Below, piece after piece: positions 1 through 10,108 of a stretch of 64,000 bases of DNA. A program made the translations under genes and the position numbers. The notes beneath the pieces were generated by a model. It saw nothing but the letters and a program-made list of their open reading frames with translations, made no database searches and was not told where the DNA came from. The DNA is taken from contig CAWBAT010000007.1 of assembly GCA_963786955.1 (NCBI GenBank), forward strand, positions 169,346-233,345, read 5' to 3'. Source of the stretch: an uncultured Acidimicrobiia bacterium. GTDB lineage: Bacteria > Acidobacteriota > Terriglobia > Versatilivoradales > Versatilivoraceae. The stretch's first letter is position 1; each line of letters starts with the position of its first letter.

Positions 1-2
1 AA

Positions 3-572
3 AAGGAAGTCCTGCCTTATTTTGATCAACAGCCCCGCCTCCTGCGTCCTGCCAATTATCCCCCTACGGCCCCGGGGAAAGGACTCTATAAGGGAACTGC
101 GCGAAACGGGCAGCCCTTTGCTGTCTTGAATCTCCAGGGAAGAGTTTTCATGCCTTCCATTGACTGCCCCTTTCGAATCGGCGATGAACTCCTTGCGCAA
201 CTCAGTGATTCCGTTAAGGTCATCTTCATTGATTTCCATGCGGAGGCAACCGCGGAAAAACAAGCCGTGGGATGGTATTTTGACGGCAGAGTATCTGCCC
301 TTGTCGGCACGCATACCCATGTGGCGACAGCCGATGAGCAGGTACTCCCTAAAGGGACGGCATATATTTCCGATGCGGGCATGACGGGTCCCCACAATTC
401 CGTCATTGGAGTGAAGAAAGAAATCATTATACCCAAGTTTATCAATCAACTTCCGGCGCGGTTCGAAATAGCAACTGAAGATGTCCAAATCAATGGTGTC
501 GAGATTGAAGTCGATGACACGACTGGCCGCGCTTTGAGCATTCAACGTTTCGCCCGAAAAGTCCAATTGTGA
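3..572 (+). CDS. YmdB/TIGR00282-family metallophosphoesterase (5' partial)
   Basis: Open frame from the window edge (RLLRPANYP...NLQGRVFM); motifs DFHAEATAEK, GTHTHV, DAGMTGP. Confidence 0.92.
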   Translation, partial: KEVLPYFDQQPRLLRPANYPPTAPGKGLYKGTARNGQPFAVLNLQGRVFMPSIDCPFRIGDELLAQLSDSVKVIFIDFHAEATAEKQAVGWYFDGRVSALVGTHTHVATADEQVLPKGTAYISDAGMTGPHNSVIGVKKEIIIPKFINQLPARFEIATEDVQINGVEIEVDDTTGRALSIQRFARKVQL

Positions 573-581
573 GGCCTCTTC

Positions 582-1913
582 ATGTTTGATCAATTGTCGC
601 AGAAACTCCAGAAGGTCTTTAAGAATCTCCGTGGTGAAGGGAAACTTTCTGCCCAGCATATTGATGAAGCGCTCAAAGAAATCCGAATGGCGCTGCTCGA
701 GGCCGACGTCCATTTCAAAGTCGTCAAACAGTTTGTCGAGTCCATCAAGGAAAAGTCCCATGGTCAGGAGGTTATGGACAGCCTGACACCGGGACAGCAG
801 GTCGTCAAAATTGTTCATGATGAATTGGTCGAAATGTTAGGGGGCGCCTCTTCAAAACTGAATTTTGGCGCACGTCCTCCCAGCGTCTTTATGATGGTGG
901 GTCTCCAGGGATCCGGCAAAACCACGACGGCTGGAAAACTCGCCCTTTGGTTGAACCGTCACGGGCACCGGACCCTGCTTCTGTCCATCGACGTCTATCG
1001 TCCGGCAGCACGTGAGCAGTTGTCGGTCATTGCCAAGGATATCGGTGCTCATTGTTTCGCGGGGACTGGGGTGGACGATCCGAGCCAGCTCTGTCGTGAT
1101 GCTCTCCGGGAGGCGGGGAATTCCGGCTGCGATATCCTGCTTATCGATACGGCCGGGCGATTACATATCGACCAGCAGTTGATGGAAGAACTGCAAGTGG
1201 TCAAGCAGTTAGTCAATCCAGCGGAAATTCTGTTTGTTGCGGATGCGATGACCGGGCAAGATGCTGTCAAGAGTGCCAAGGAGTTTCATGATCAGCTTGC
1301 CTTGACGGGAGTCATCCTCACGAAAATGGATGGCGACGCCCGTGGTGGCGCCGCGCTCTCCATTAAATCGGTGACGGGTCAGCCCATCAAATTCGTCGGC
1401 GTCGGAGAGAAATCAGATGCCTTAGAGCAATTCCATCCCGATCGGATGGCATCCCGGATTCTGGGGATGGGCGATGTCCTCTCTTTAATTGAGAAGGCTC
1501 AGCAATCGATTGATCAGGAAAAAGCCGAAGAACTGGGTGAAAAGCTGCTGAAGGATTCGTTTACGCTCGCAGATTTTGGCGACCAATTGCGGCAAATGAG
1601 AAAATTAGGTCCCCTGGACCAACTGATCGGGATGCTGCCGCAGATCGGACCGTTTAAAGATATGAATAAGGTCAAAGTCGATGAACGGGAATTAATCCAT
1701 ATCGAAGCGATCATCAATTCGATGACCCCTTATGAGAGAGCCCATCATCAAGCCATCAATGGCAGCCGACGAAAACGGATTGCGCGCGGGAGCGGGACTT
1801 CTGTTCAGAAAGTGAATCAGCTGTTGAAGCAGTATGTCCAAACCCGAAAAATGATGAAGCAGATGAGCGGAGGAATGATGGCTAAGTTATCAAGAATGAA
1901 AATGCCATTTTGA
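582..1913 (+). CDS. ffh: Signal recognition particle protein Ffh
   Basis: GLQGSGKTT, DTAGR, TKMDGDARGG; Met-rich C-terminal M domain (SRRKRIARGSG). Confidence 0.98.
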   Translation: MFDQLSQKLQKVFKNLRGEGKLSAQHIDEALKEIRMALLEADVHFKVVKQFVESIKEKSHGQEVMDSLTPGQQVVKIVHDELVEMLGGASSKLNFGARPPSVFMMVGLQGSGKTTTAGKLALWLNRHGHRTLLLSIDVYRPAAREQLSVIAKDIGAHCFAGTGVDDPSQLCRDALREAGNSGCDILLIDTAGRLHIDQQLMEELQVVKQLVNPAEILFVADAMTGQDAVKSAKEFHDQLALTGVILTKMDGDARGGAALSIKSVTGQPIKFVGVGEKSDALEQFHPDRMASRILGMGDVLSLIEKAQQSIDQEKAEELGEKLLKDSFTLADFGDQLRQMRKLGPLDQLIGMLPQIGPFKDMNKVKVDERELIHIEAIINSMTPYERAHHQAINGSRRKRIARGSGTSVQKVNQLLKQYVQTRKMMKQMSGGMMAKLSRMKMPF

Positions 1914-2061
1914 CCTTATGATGTTTGTGGAGACAGTCGCCACTTTTATTATAGCTTCCGCTCCGGGCGCTTTCTTGAATCTAATGCTGTCCAAACCTGG
2001 CTATCCCCTCATTCTCTTCCGCCGAATTTACCGCGAAGAGGGTGTGCTTGGCCAATCTGGA

Positions 2062-3087
2062 TCAGGTTTCAAGAACGAGTTCTCTTACCTTCAGCAACGG
2101 TCCATCCGCAATGTCATTGGGGACCGAGCACCCGGGCGCCAGGATAAGGCGGCGCTTCTGCATCGCCTCTACCGCTTCCTGAATTTCGCCCTTGAGTTCG
2201 ACGTCGGTTAGCTTCGCCATATTGGTTTCGTCCAGGCCACCCATCAAAGTTCCAGAAAACTTCTTCTTCATTTCATTAAGACTCATTCCCGTCCCATAAA
2301 CAGAGTAGTTGATCGCCTGAATCGGGTAACTCAGGAGGGTGTCGAAATGAGGACTGTTCCCGTGAATATGCAGAATATTAAGGTAGCCTTTATCCTTGAC
2401 CGCATCCAGAATCATCAAATCGGATTCTCGGACGAATTTCAAATACTCCTGCGTATCCATAACCGAGTGATCCGCAGCCGCCACTGCCAAAAAAATTCCG
2501 GCGGCTCCAGCATCAAGGGCAAGTCTTGCATGGTTGCCTTGAGACTCGGAAATGGCGCGCAAGACTTTTTTGAGCGTAGAAGGATCCTCCCGTTTCAGCT
2601 GTTCCACTGCTTTTTTTGACGACAGCTTTTCCAGGACTGTCCATGATTGGAAAATTGTTTCCACGAATGGGGCTTTCCCTTTGAGTTCCTTGTCGATTAT
2701 TTTGAGAGCTTTGATTTGCTCCGGGAAGGGATTCTTAATAGGCTCAATTTTTTTCCAATCAGAAAACTCGGTGATGGCGCCCATATTCTCTGGAAGGGGA
2801 AAAGAATAGTCACTCATCACCTTCAATAGATCGACGTCGAATTTTCGATAAAAATCAAGGGTCGCTTCTGCTTGCTTTTCCCCTGGCAACTTTTCTAAAC
2901 CAAAATGATGCCAAAAAGTAAAAGGCGGGCGATCTACACGCTCGGCCCGCAACACAGCTTTGATGCGCTCTATTTTGGTCATCTGTGACTTAGAGTTGCC
3001 CAAAATTGTCCCCCTGTTCATCACTACTGAAGCGAATAGGCCACCCGCAGCCATGAAATGTCGCCGTGAGATTTTGCTTGAAGGCAT
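2062..3087 (-). CDS. Uroporphyrinogen decarboxylase/MtaA-like family protein with Tat signal
   Basis: SRRHFM twin-Arg leader; RPPFTFWHHF, ILHIHG, LILAPGCSVP. Confidence 0.8.
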   Translation of the reverse strand: MPSSKISRRHFMAAGGLFASVVMNRGTILGNSKSQMTKIERIKAVLRAERVDRPPFTFWHHFGLEKLPGEKQAEATLDFYRKFDVDLLKVMSDYSFPLPENMGAITEFSDWKKIEPIKNPFPEQIKALKIIDKELKGKAPFVETIFQSWTVLEKLSSKKAVEQLKREDPSTLKKVLRAISESQGNHARLALDAGAAGIFLAVAAADHSVMDTQEYLKFVRESDLMILDAVKDKGYLNILHIHGNSPHFDTLLSYPIQAINYSVYGTGMSLNEMKKKFSGTLMGGLDETNMAKLTDVELKGEIQEAVEAMQKRRLILAPGCSVPNDIADGPLLKVRELVLET

Positions 3088-3400
3088 CGAAAACTCATCC
3101 TTTCATTAAGCCAGATTACTTCTTGTGTCGTCGCAATGAAGAACTGCCGTCGCAATCTACGAGCGCCTACCGCGGTTATAGCATCCTGCCAGGACCGAAG
3201 ACAGACTTCCCCGCTTTTGCAACAGTTTCGAAATGTTACCATTTCTGGGTCTAAGGAGAAAGCTTGGGATCGAATATAATCCTGATTGATGTGGGGAACT
3301 AGAATATGGAGGGGGCGCCCTGCACTGAATTTTCAGGACTTTCCATGACGCTTTCTGAATGATGATCGTTGGGGAGCCAGCTTCTTGAAAGTTGAGGTTC

Positions 3401-4771
3401 TTAAAGATTATCCGCCTCTAGGATAAATTCTTCCTCAATGTCGCTTGCCCAATCCGCTCCAAGACTTGCTTCCGTGACGCCTAAAGCCATGATTGCGTCA
3501 GGCTTTTGGACTCCTTTGTCGAAATGGCCATTCTCAAACGATTTGATTACTCGTTCTTTCAACCCATTTAGGTCTGAGTCCGGATTCGTGGAGGCCTCAT
3601 TCATGAGATTTAACAGGTCCAGGTAATAATCCGCATGTCCGTAAACCACGAGTTTGTTAAGGCTCTCTCTTGCTTCCCGCACATTCCCATCCTGAAGCTG
3701 CAGAGTGACGAGCCTTTTCAAGTGCTCTTCGAGATTCCGCTTATCGTTCATTCGGATCATGATAGTTGTGAGGGTTTTCCAGATTCTAATATTTTCTCTA
3801 TCCAACCTCGCCAGATTGTCGAGAATTTCTCGCATGTTGTCTTCATCCTGCATCTGAATCGAGATATCAATGATGCTTTCCATCAAGTCCAGTGCAGAAT
3901 CAAGTTTCCCTTCACTAATCAACAGCTTGAGTAATTTTACTGCAGGTACATAAAGCGCAGTGTTCTCCCGGACGCTTTCTTTAAGGATCTTCAGGGCCGA
4001 CTCAAGATCCCCTGCCGTGATGAGCAATTCACACATCGTCAATTTGAAGTCCGAATCCTCAACCATTGTCAAGGATTGCAGGTATTCAATGGCCCGAGTC
4101 GTCATCCCGACTTTCTCCAATAATCGGAATAAGGCCTTTATGATCTCTTTGTTTTTGGGGCGAATGCGAAGGATATTCTCGGTAACGGTAATCGCCTCGG
4201 CGGTTTTGTTTTGATCTGCGAGGAGATTGGCACTCTGGAGGTAACATCGTATAGCCTCTTCAGCTTTTCCCTGTAATTCCAGATGTTGTGCCAATTTTAG
4301 AAAACCTTGGGAACACTCGGGTTCCAGATTACAAGCCTTTTGAAATAAGGATGAAGCTTCGTTATGTTCCCCAAGGTCCATCTTTTGTTGTGCCAGGATT
4401 TGGTAGAAATTCTTTGCATTAGTCTTTTGTCCTTGCCGTTCGAAAATAAGAGCTAACTGCATAATCGCCTCTTGATTCTTGGGGGCAAGCTTTAAGATCT
4501 TCTTGTAAGTGGCCACCGCATTTGAGAACAGTTCACGAGCGAAAAAGGATTCTGCAAGCTGGGCGTACCAGAACATTGCATTCTCTTTGTCATCCAAACG
4601 GACATAGAGGTCGCCAATGTTGTTTAGAATCGTTGTATCTTCCGGCTCCAATTCATGGATTTTTAGATATTGCTCAAGGGCAAGCGTCAGCTTTCCCAGC
4701 CTGACATATTTCCCGGCCTGTTGCAGATATTTACTCGTTTTCGCATCCATATGCCCTCTCCCTTTCCTCAT
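3401..4771 (-). CDS. Tetratricopeptide repeat protein
   Basis: Repeated TPR helices (LNNIGDLY, YKKILKLAP). Confidence 0.8.
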   Translation of the reverse strand: MRKGRGHMDAKTSKYLQQAGKYVRLGKLTLALEQYLKIHELEPEDTTILNNIGDLYVRLDDKENAMFWYAQLAESFFARELFSNAVATYKKILKLAPKNQEAIMQLALIFERQGQKTNAKNFYQILAQQKMDLGEHNEASSLFQKACNLEPECSQGFLKLAQHLELQGKAEEAIRCYLQSANLLADQNKTAEAITVTENILRIRPKNKEIIKALFRLLEKVGMTTRAIEYLQSLTMVEDSDFKLTMCELLITAGDLESALKILKESVRENTALYVPAVKLLKLLISEGKLDSALDLMESIIDISIQMQDEDNMREILDNLARLDRENIRIWKTLTTIMIRMNDKRNLEEHLKRLVTLQLQDGNVREARESLNKLVVYGHADYYLDLLNLMNEASTNPDSDLNGLKERVIKSFENGHFDKGVQKPDAIMALGVTEASLGADWASDIEEEFILEADNL

Positions 4772-5042
4772 GAACTGCTCAATTTCTAAGTTCCTTTATA
4801 CGCCACTACACCAATATACAATACACGTACCGTTCCAAAGGTCGGATCTGAATCAAGCCATTTATAATCAATAGGATAGAAGTAATGTGAAAACGAGAGG
4901 ACCCGGCTCCACCGGAATAACTGCCTTATTTTCGGTCATTTTTCCCGACCCCGCCGAGTTTCGAATCCGAATTGCGTTTCCGAAACCAATGACTTAGGAT
5001 TTGCTGAGTTTACAATTGGGCAGGATGTCGAACAGGTTTCTT

Positions 5043-6032
5043 ATGAACACCAGATTGGCCATCGTCGGCTTTGAACATATGCATGCCTCTCATTATCTTA
5101 GCTGCCTCCAATCCATGCCTGATTTGAGTGTCGTGGCCATTGTAGAGGCCGACGCGAGGAAGGTAGCGGAATATTCAGAACAGATCGGCATGGTACCCTG
5201 CATGGCGGATTACAGAGAACTTATTCGATCCAGTTCTGTAGACGGGGTCATTCTCTGTTCGGCCAACAGCAGACATAAGCAGATGGTGATTGATATTGCC
5301 CGCGCCGGAACCCCTATACTTTGTGAGAAACCCTTGGCGACGAAGAAGGCTGAAGCCAGAGAGATGCTAGCCATCGTCGAAGCTCATGGGGCTAACTTGG
5401 GTATTTGTTTCCCTTGTCGGTTCAGTGAATCGCTCCAGCAGGCAAAGCATTGGATTGAGAATGGGGTGCTGGGTGAAATTATCGCAGTCAATGCCACCAA
5501 CCACGGCACGATGCCAGGAGGCTGGTTTGCGGACCCGGCGTTATCCGGAGGCGGAGCCATCATGGACCATACGGTCCATGTTGTGGATGCACTGCGCTGG
5601 TTGTTTGACCGAGAATTCGTCCGAGTGTATGCACAAGCATCAACACGTCTGCACTCTTTGTCCGTGGAGGATGTGGCGGTTCTAAGTCTAGAAATGAGTA
5701 ATGGATTATTTGTGACATTGGATTCCAGTTGGTCTCGGCCCAGTCTCTCATTCCCGATCTGGGGAGACGTTAAGCTGGCTGTGGTTGGCACAAGCGGAAT
5801 CTTGAACCTGGATCTGTTCCCATGGACCCTGAGCCATTATTCAGAGCAGGCAGCCAAACAGGTGGCCATTTCCCATGATGGAGATCTCATTCGGCGGATG
5901 CTCGAAAACTTCGTCCATTGTATTCAAAATGGGCAGCCGATCTCGCCGAACGGTGTTGATGGATTAAGGGCCTTGGAAGTCGTCGAGGCAGCCTACGGTT
6001 CGGTTGCTACAGGAAAGGTTGTCATGCTTTAG
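5043..6032 (+). CDS. Gfo/Idh/MocA oxidoreductase
   Basis: CEKPLA, GGGAIMDHTVH; ATG at 5043 chosen over the upstream TTG. Confidence 0.9.
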   Translation: MNTRLAIVGFEHMHASHYLSCLQSMPDLSVVAIVEADARKVAEYSEQIGMVPCMADYRELIRSSSVDGVILCSANSRHKQMVIDIARAGTPILCEKPLATKKAEAREMLAIVEAHGANLGICFPCRFSESLQQAKHWIENGVLGEIIAVNATNHGTMPGGWFADPALSGGGAIMDHTVHVVDALRWLFDREFVRVYAQASTRLHSLSVEDVAVLSLEMSNGLFVTLDSSWSRPSLSFPIWGDVKLAVVGTSGILNLDLFPWTLSHYSEQAAKQVAISHDGDLIRRMLENFVHCIQNGQPISPNGVDGLRALEVVEAAYGSVATGKVVML

Positions 6033-6119
6033 TCCTGACTCGGAATGGCATGGCTTGGTGGGAAGAGTAAGCTCTTAGATTTGATTTCAGGAGATCACGG
6101 AGTGAGATGAGAAACAACA

Positions 6120-7166
6120 ATGAGTGAGTTCATGGACCGATCCGCTGCGCTTGCGGTTGTGCACAAACCTTTGGATGTGGCCATTCTTGGAGCCGGAAAT
6201 ATGGGCTTAAAGATGGTGCGAGCTTTGCAGAGAATTCCCGGTGTCAGGATCCGGTTCGTCTATAGCCGTACATTTTCCAACGCCGAGAAGTTAGCGCTCG
6301 CCTGCGATGCGGTTCCATTGGATCAACCGGATCCGGTATATGACGAATCTTCAGTCTCCGTTGTTTTTGACTGTCTCCCTACCTTTACTCGGTTGAGTAC
6401 GTTGCAAAAATGCGTGGCCGCACAAAAGCACGTTTTTTGCGAGAAGCCTCTCGCGCTGAACAAGCAGATGGCCGATGGGATCCGCCACTGTCTCTCTGGG
6501 TACAAACAGGTCGTCACCGTTGGGCTGGTCCTCCGGTTCTTTTGGGAGTACGCAAAACTGAGACAAATGGTGATGGCTGGAGACGTCGGCCAGGTGGGGA
6601 CCATTCGCCTTTCACGTTGTGTGGGATTCCCGGGGCCTGGATCTTGGTTTGCAGTACCAGAAAAAAGTGGAGGCGTCATTTTGGATCTACTCATTCATGA
6701 CCTGGACTTCCTGCGTTGGACGTTTGGAGAGGCGAAAACCGTCTACGCGAAATCGGCTTCAGAAAAACATCTTAATGGACTGGACTATGCCCTCTTGAGC
6801 ATTCAGTTAGAGTCTCATGCGATTGCACATCTTGAAGGGAGTTGGGCGCATCCGGTCGGAAGTTTTCATCAGAGCGTGGAGATTTGCGGTAGCCGGGGCA
6901 TGCTTGTTTACGACAACCTTGCTTCCAGCCGCTTTCATTGGATGTCCACAACAAATAGTCGAGACGAAATGGGTTCTCGGATTTCTCTTCTGCAAGTTGA
7001 CCCTGACAACGATCCCTACTTAGCGGAAACTCAGGACTTTATTCACTGCGTCAGGCACGGAAAAAAACCTGCAGTTTCCTGGGAGGATGCGCTGCGTTCC
7101 TGCGAGCTGGCTTTTTGCGCGGTTGAATCGGCACGGTCAGGGCAACCGGTCACTATGACCAAGTGA
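6120..7166 (+). CDS. Gfo/Idh/MocA oxidoreductase
   Basis: GAGNMG, CEKPLA, GGVILDLLIHDLD. Confidence 0.9.
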   Translation: MSEFMDRSAALAVVHKPLDVAILGAGNMGLKMVRALQRIPGVRIRFVYSRTFSNAEKLALACDAVPLDQPDPVYDESSVSVVFDCLPTFTRLSTLQKCVAAQKHVFCEKPLALNKQMADGIRHCLSGYKQVVTVGLVLRFFWEYAKLRQMVMAGDVGQVGTIRLSRCVGFPGPGSWFAVPEKSGGVILDLLIHDLDFLRWTFGEAKTVYAKSASEKHLNGLDYALLSIQLESHAIAHLEGSWAHPVGSFHQSVEICGSRGMLVYDNLASSRFHWMSTTNSRDEMGSRISLLQVDPDNDPYLAETQDFIHCVRHGKKPAVSWEDALRSCELAFCAVESARSGQPVTMTK

Positions 7167-7203
7167 TAATCGAATGTAATACGTAAGATATCGGGGAATG
7201 CCT

Positions 7204-7257
7204 GGTAGGGCGCGCTCGCTGAGCGCGCCGCGGACGGCCCGGCGGTCCGTCCCTTCC
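7204..7257. repeat. GTAG-type REP-like double hairpin
   Basis: GGTAGGGCGCGCTCGCTGAGCGCGCCG followed by GGACGGCCCGGCGGTCCGTCCCTTCC. Confidence 0.7.
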
Positions 7258-7328
7258 AAGTCAGCCGAGGCTCGAGCTGTGGTCGCCATTGCCCCCAAAT
7301 AACTAACCCGTTACGATCGAATCTCAAA

Positions 7329-7357
7329 TTGACTTCAGTCAGTGTCTTGCATAGCAT
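7329..7357 (+). promoter_or_regulatory. Putative sigma70 promoter for the enolase-family gene
   Basis: TTGACT-17 bp-TAGCAT. Confidence 0.55.
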
Positions 7358-7389
7358 GACGCTATCTCTTAAAACCAAAAGGAAACTCT

Positions 7390-8748
7390 ATGGACAGAAG
7401 GCAAGCACTACGTTGGATCTCATCCAGTGCATTGGCAGGAGGCACGAGTTTGCTTCCCCTGGACAATTCGCTGCAGCCACTGTGGGCGCAAAGTAAGCCA
7501 GGCGTCACTCGAGGTTTACCCCCCGTCAAGATCCGAGATATCGAAACGATCCTGACTTATCCCAATGGTGTCCGCCTTGTCATTGTGAAAGTGTTGACTA
7601 CCGAGCCTGGCTTGCACGGATATGGATGCGCAACCTTCACCCAGAGACCCCTCGTCGTGCAAACGGCGGTGGAGAAGTACCTCAAACCCTTCCTGTTGGG
7701 AAGAAACGTCGATGAGATCGAAGATATCTGGCAGTCCTCCTATGTCAGTTCCTATTGGCGCAATGGCCCGGTCCTCTTTAACGCAATGAGCGGGGTGGAT
7801 ATGGCGCTATGGGATATCAAAGGGAAGAGAGCCAATATGCCAGTCTATCAGCTGCTCGGCGGCAAATGCCGCTTTGCGGCAGAATGTTATTTCCATGCCT
7901 CGGGGCGAGACTTTCAAGAAGTTGAGACGAGCGCACGGCAAGCCATGGAGTCAGGATTCCGACATATTCGGATCCAAGTGGATGTTCCTGGTCAGAGGAC
8001 CTATGGAATCGGCGGCACGGACATGGATGATAAAGATATTGGACCCACCAATCCGCGAGCGGTTTGGGAGAACACTTCCTATCTTCTTCTGGTCCCTAAG
8101 CTTTTTGAGTATATGCGCGCGAAATTGGGGGACCAGGTTGAGTTGATTCACGATATTCATGAGCGTCTATCACCCAGCGAGGCTGTAAACCTATGCAAAG
8201 AATTGGAAAAATATCGCCCTTTTTTTATCGAAGACCCGGTGCCCCCTGAAGAGAGCGATCATTTTCGCTTGATTCGTCAACAATGCAGTACGCCCCTTGC
8301 GATGGGAGAGCTCTTCAATAACTTGCATGAATATCTGCCGCTGATTTCGAATCGTTACATTGATTTTATTCGCATTCATATCTCGCAGATCGGCGGCCTC
8401 AGCATGGCTCGCAAAGTTGCGGCACTGAGTGAATTGTTCGGTGTCAAAACGGCGTGGCATGGCCCAGGAGACGCCTCTCCGGTGGCGCACGCAGCTCAGT
8501 TGGCTCTTGAATTGGCCAGTTACAATTTCGGGATTCATGAAGGCTATCTCTTTCCGGCGGAGACGCGAGAAGTGTTCAAAGGCTGTCCGGAAATCAAGAA
8601 TGGATATATGTATGCAAACGAGGCCCCCGGTTTGGGAATTGAAGTGGACGAAAAACTGGCCGCAAAGTTTCCCTATCCTACCGATCGTACTTTTGACCCT
8701 ATATGGGGCACCATCAGAAAGAAGGATGGCACCGTCATACGCCCATAG
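7390..8748 (+). CDS. Enolase superfamily, D-mannonate dehydratase/RspA-like, with Tat signal
   Basis: MDRRQAL leader; YWRNGPV, HDIHER, FIEDP, MGE, WHGPGD. Confidence 0.88.
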   Translation: MDRRQALRWISSSALAGGTSLLPLDNSLQPLWAQSKPGVTRGLPPVKIRDIETILTYPNGVRLVIVKVLTTEPGLHGYGCATFTQRPLVVQTAVEKYLKPFLLGRNVDEIEDIWQSSYVSSYWRNGPVLFNAMSGVDMALWDIKGKRANMPVYQLLGGKCRFAAECYFHASGRDFQEVETSARQAMESGFRHIRIQVDVPGQRTYGIGGTDMDDKDIGPTNPRAVWENTSYLLLVPKLFEYMRAKLGDQVELIHDIHERLSPSEAVNLCKELEKYRPFFIEDPVPPEESDHFRLIRQQCSTPLAMGELFNNLHEYLPLISNRYIDFIRIHISQIGGLSMARKVAALSELFGVKTAWHGPGDASPVAHAAQLALELASYNFGIHEGYLFPAETREVFKGCPEIKNGYMYANEAPGLGIEVDEKLAAKFPYPTDRTFDPIWGTIRKKDGTVIRP

Positions 8749-8831
8749 GACTCCATCCCAATCAGAAGGCTTGAAATGAACCCTTTCTGGAATCTGCGAG
8801 TCAAGAAGTTCAGTCGAAACGGAGATAGAGC

Positions 8832-9815
8832 ATGATACGAAAGCAATGGATAATGATCGGCAGCCTGGTGTTTGTCTTGACAGCACTCTGGTTTGGAATT
8901 GTACGTTGGGAAATGGAGGCGACTTCTAATGGCGTTACCAAAATTGCTCCAGGGGTCTGGTTCCGGGAAGGTGACCTCAAGGAGAAAGGGTACTGCAATA
9001 ACATTTGGATTGAAATGAAAGACTATATCATTGTCGTTGATGCTAATTTCCCCAGCGGCGCTGAAGCTTGTCTGGTGGACATCAAGAAGACCAGCAGCAA
9101 GCCGGTCAAGTATGTCTTTGACACACATCATCATGGCGACCACGCCTACGGCAATCCGGTGTGGACAAAACTGGGGGCGACCACCCTGGCTTATATTGGT
9201 GTCGCGGAGGAAATGAAGCGCTACGAACCCAAGCGCTGGCTGGAAGCAGCGAAGACACGCGAAGATGTGGCAGCCTTGAATTTGCCAACAGCCGAGCCTC
9301 CCAAGCAGACGTTTGCGAGCAAAAAATATGTGTTGGAAGACTCAACGCGGAAGGTGGAATTCCATTTCTTTGGATGGGCCCATACCAGGGGTGACGGATT
9401 CGTCTACTTGCCAAAGGAAAAAATCCTCTGCACGGGAGATGCCGTCGTGAATGGACCCTACAACTATATGGGAGACGGGAATGTGGGTAACTGGCCTGAT
9501 GTGATCAATCACGCCCTTAAACTCGACGTGGTTACTGTTCTTCCAGGGCATGGAGTTCCTGGAAGTCGGGAGATGCTTCTCGGGGAACGGCAGTTTATCA
9601 ATGAGCTCGAAAAAGCTGTTCGAGACGCGGTGAAATCAGGGAAGACACTGGAAGATCTGGTCGTCAGGGAAGGTGACAAGTTGACAGGTGCCAAGATCCA
9701 GTTGCCTGAGTCGGTAAAGAACTGGGTGGGTGATTTCTTCCCCGGACAAATTGAAGTCGTCTATAAGGAAATCACGCTGGGAAAGCCACACGGGGAAATC
9801 AGCGGGGGAAAATAG
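8832..9815 (+). CDS. Secreted MBL-fold metallo-hydrolase (cyclase-like)
   Basis: THHHGDH, AHTRGD, TGD, PGHG; N-terminal hydrophobic segment. Confidence 0.88.
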   Translation: MIRKQWIMIGSLVFVLTALWFGIVRWEMEATSNGVTKIAPGVWFREGDLKEKGYCNNIWIEMKDYIIVVDANFPSGAEACLVDIKKTSSKPVKYVFDTHHHGDHAYGNPVWTKLGATTLAYIGVAEEMKRYEPKRWLEAAKTREDVAALNLPTAEPPKQTFASKKYVLEDSTRKVEFHFFGWAHTRGDGFVYLPKEKILCTGDAVVNGPYNYMGDGNVGNWPDVINHALKLDVVTVLPGHGVPGSREMLLGERQFINELEKAVRDAVKSGKTLEDLVVREGDKLTGAKIQLPESVKNWVGDFFPGQIEVVYKEITLGKPHGEISGGK

Positions 9816-9860
9816 AAAGTGATTTTCGATCGAGCTTGAGGATTAGCGGCTAGGAGTGGG

Positions 9861-9989
9861 ATGCAGACCAGAAGAGATTTTTTCCAAATCGTGATGGGGC
9901 TGGGAACCGCGGCGTTGGTGGCGTTCAAGCAAAATGGCCTGGAGCGAGTTCTTGCTGCCTCCAAGGATGCGAATTCCCGCTCTTATTAG
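9861..9989 (+). pseudogene. 42-aa ORF consisting almost only of a Tat signal (probable gene head remnant)
   Basis: AGGAG RBS; MQTRRDFFQIVMGLGTAALVAFKQNGLERVLAASKDANSRSY*. Confidence 0.6.
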
Positions 9990-10047
9990 ATTGGTCTCTG
10001 GTCTTTCCTAGCTTTTGACCCTCACTCTTTTCTCAGAGAATTATCGG

Positions 10048-10089
10048 CTCCCTTCGCCCCAACGCGGGAGAGGGTTGGGGGTGAGGGGG
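10048..10089. repeat. CCCTCTCCC/GGGAGAGGG-type intergenic palindrome
   Basis: CTCCCTTCGCCCC..GGGAGAGGGTTGGGGGTGAGGGG. Confidence 0.5.
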
Positions 10090-10108
10090 ATCTGCATAAT
10101 CTTACGTA

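Noticed and set aside
582-2061. ffh not followed by rpsP-rimM-trmD
   Set aside because: This linkage is broken in many lineages; uninformative alone
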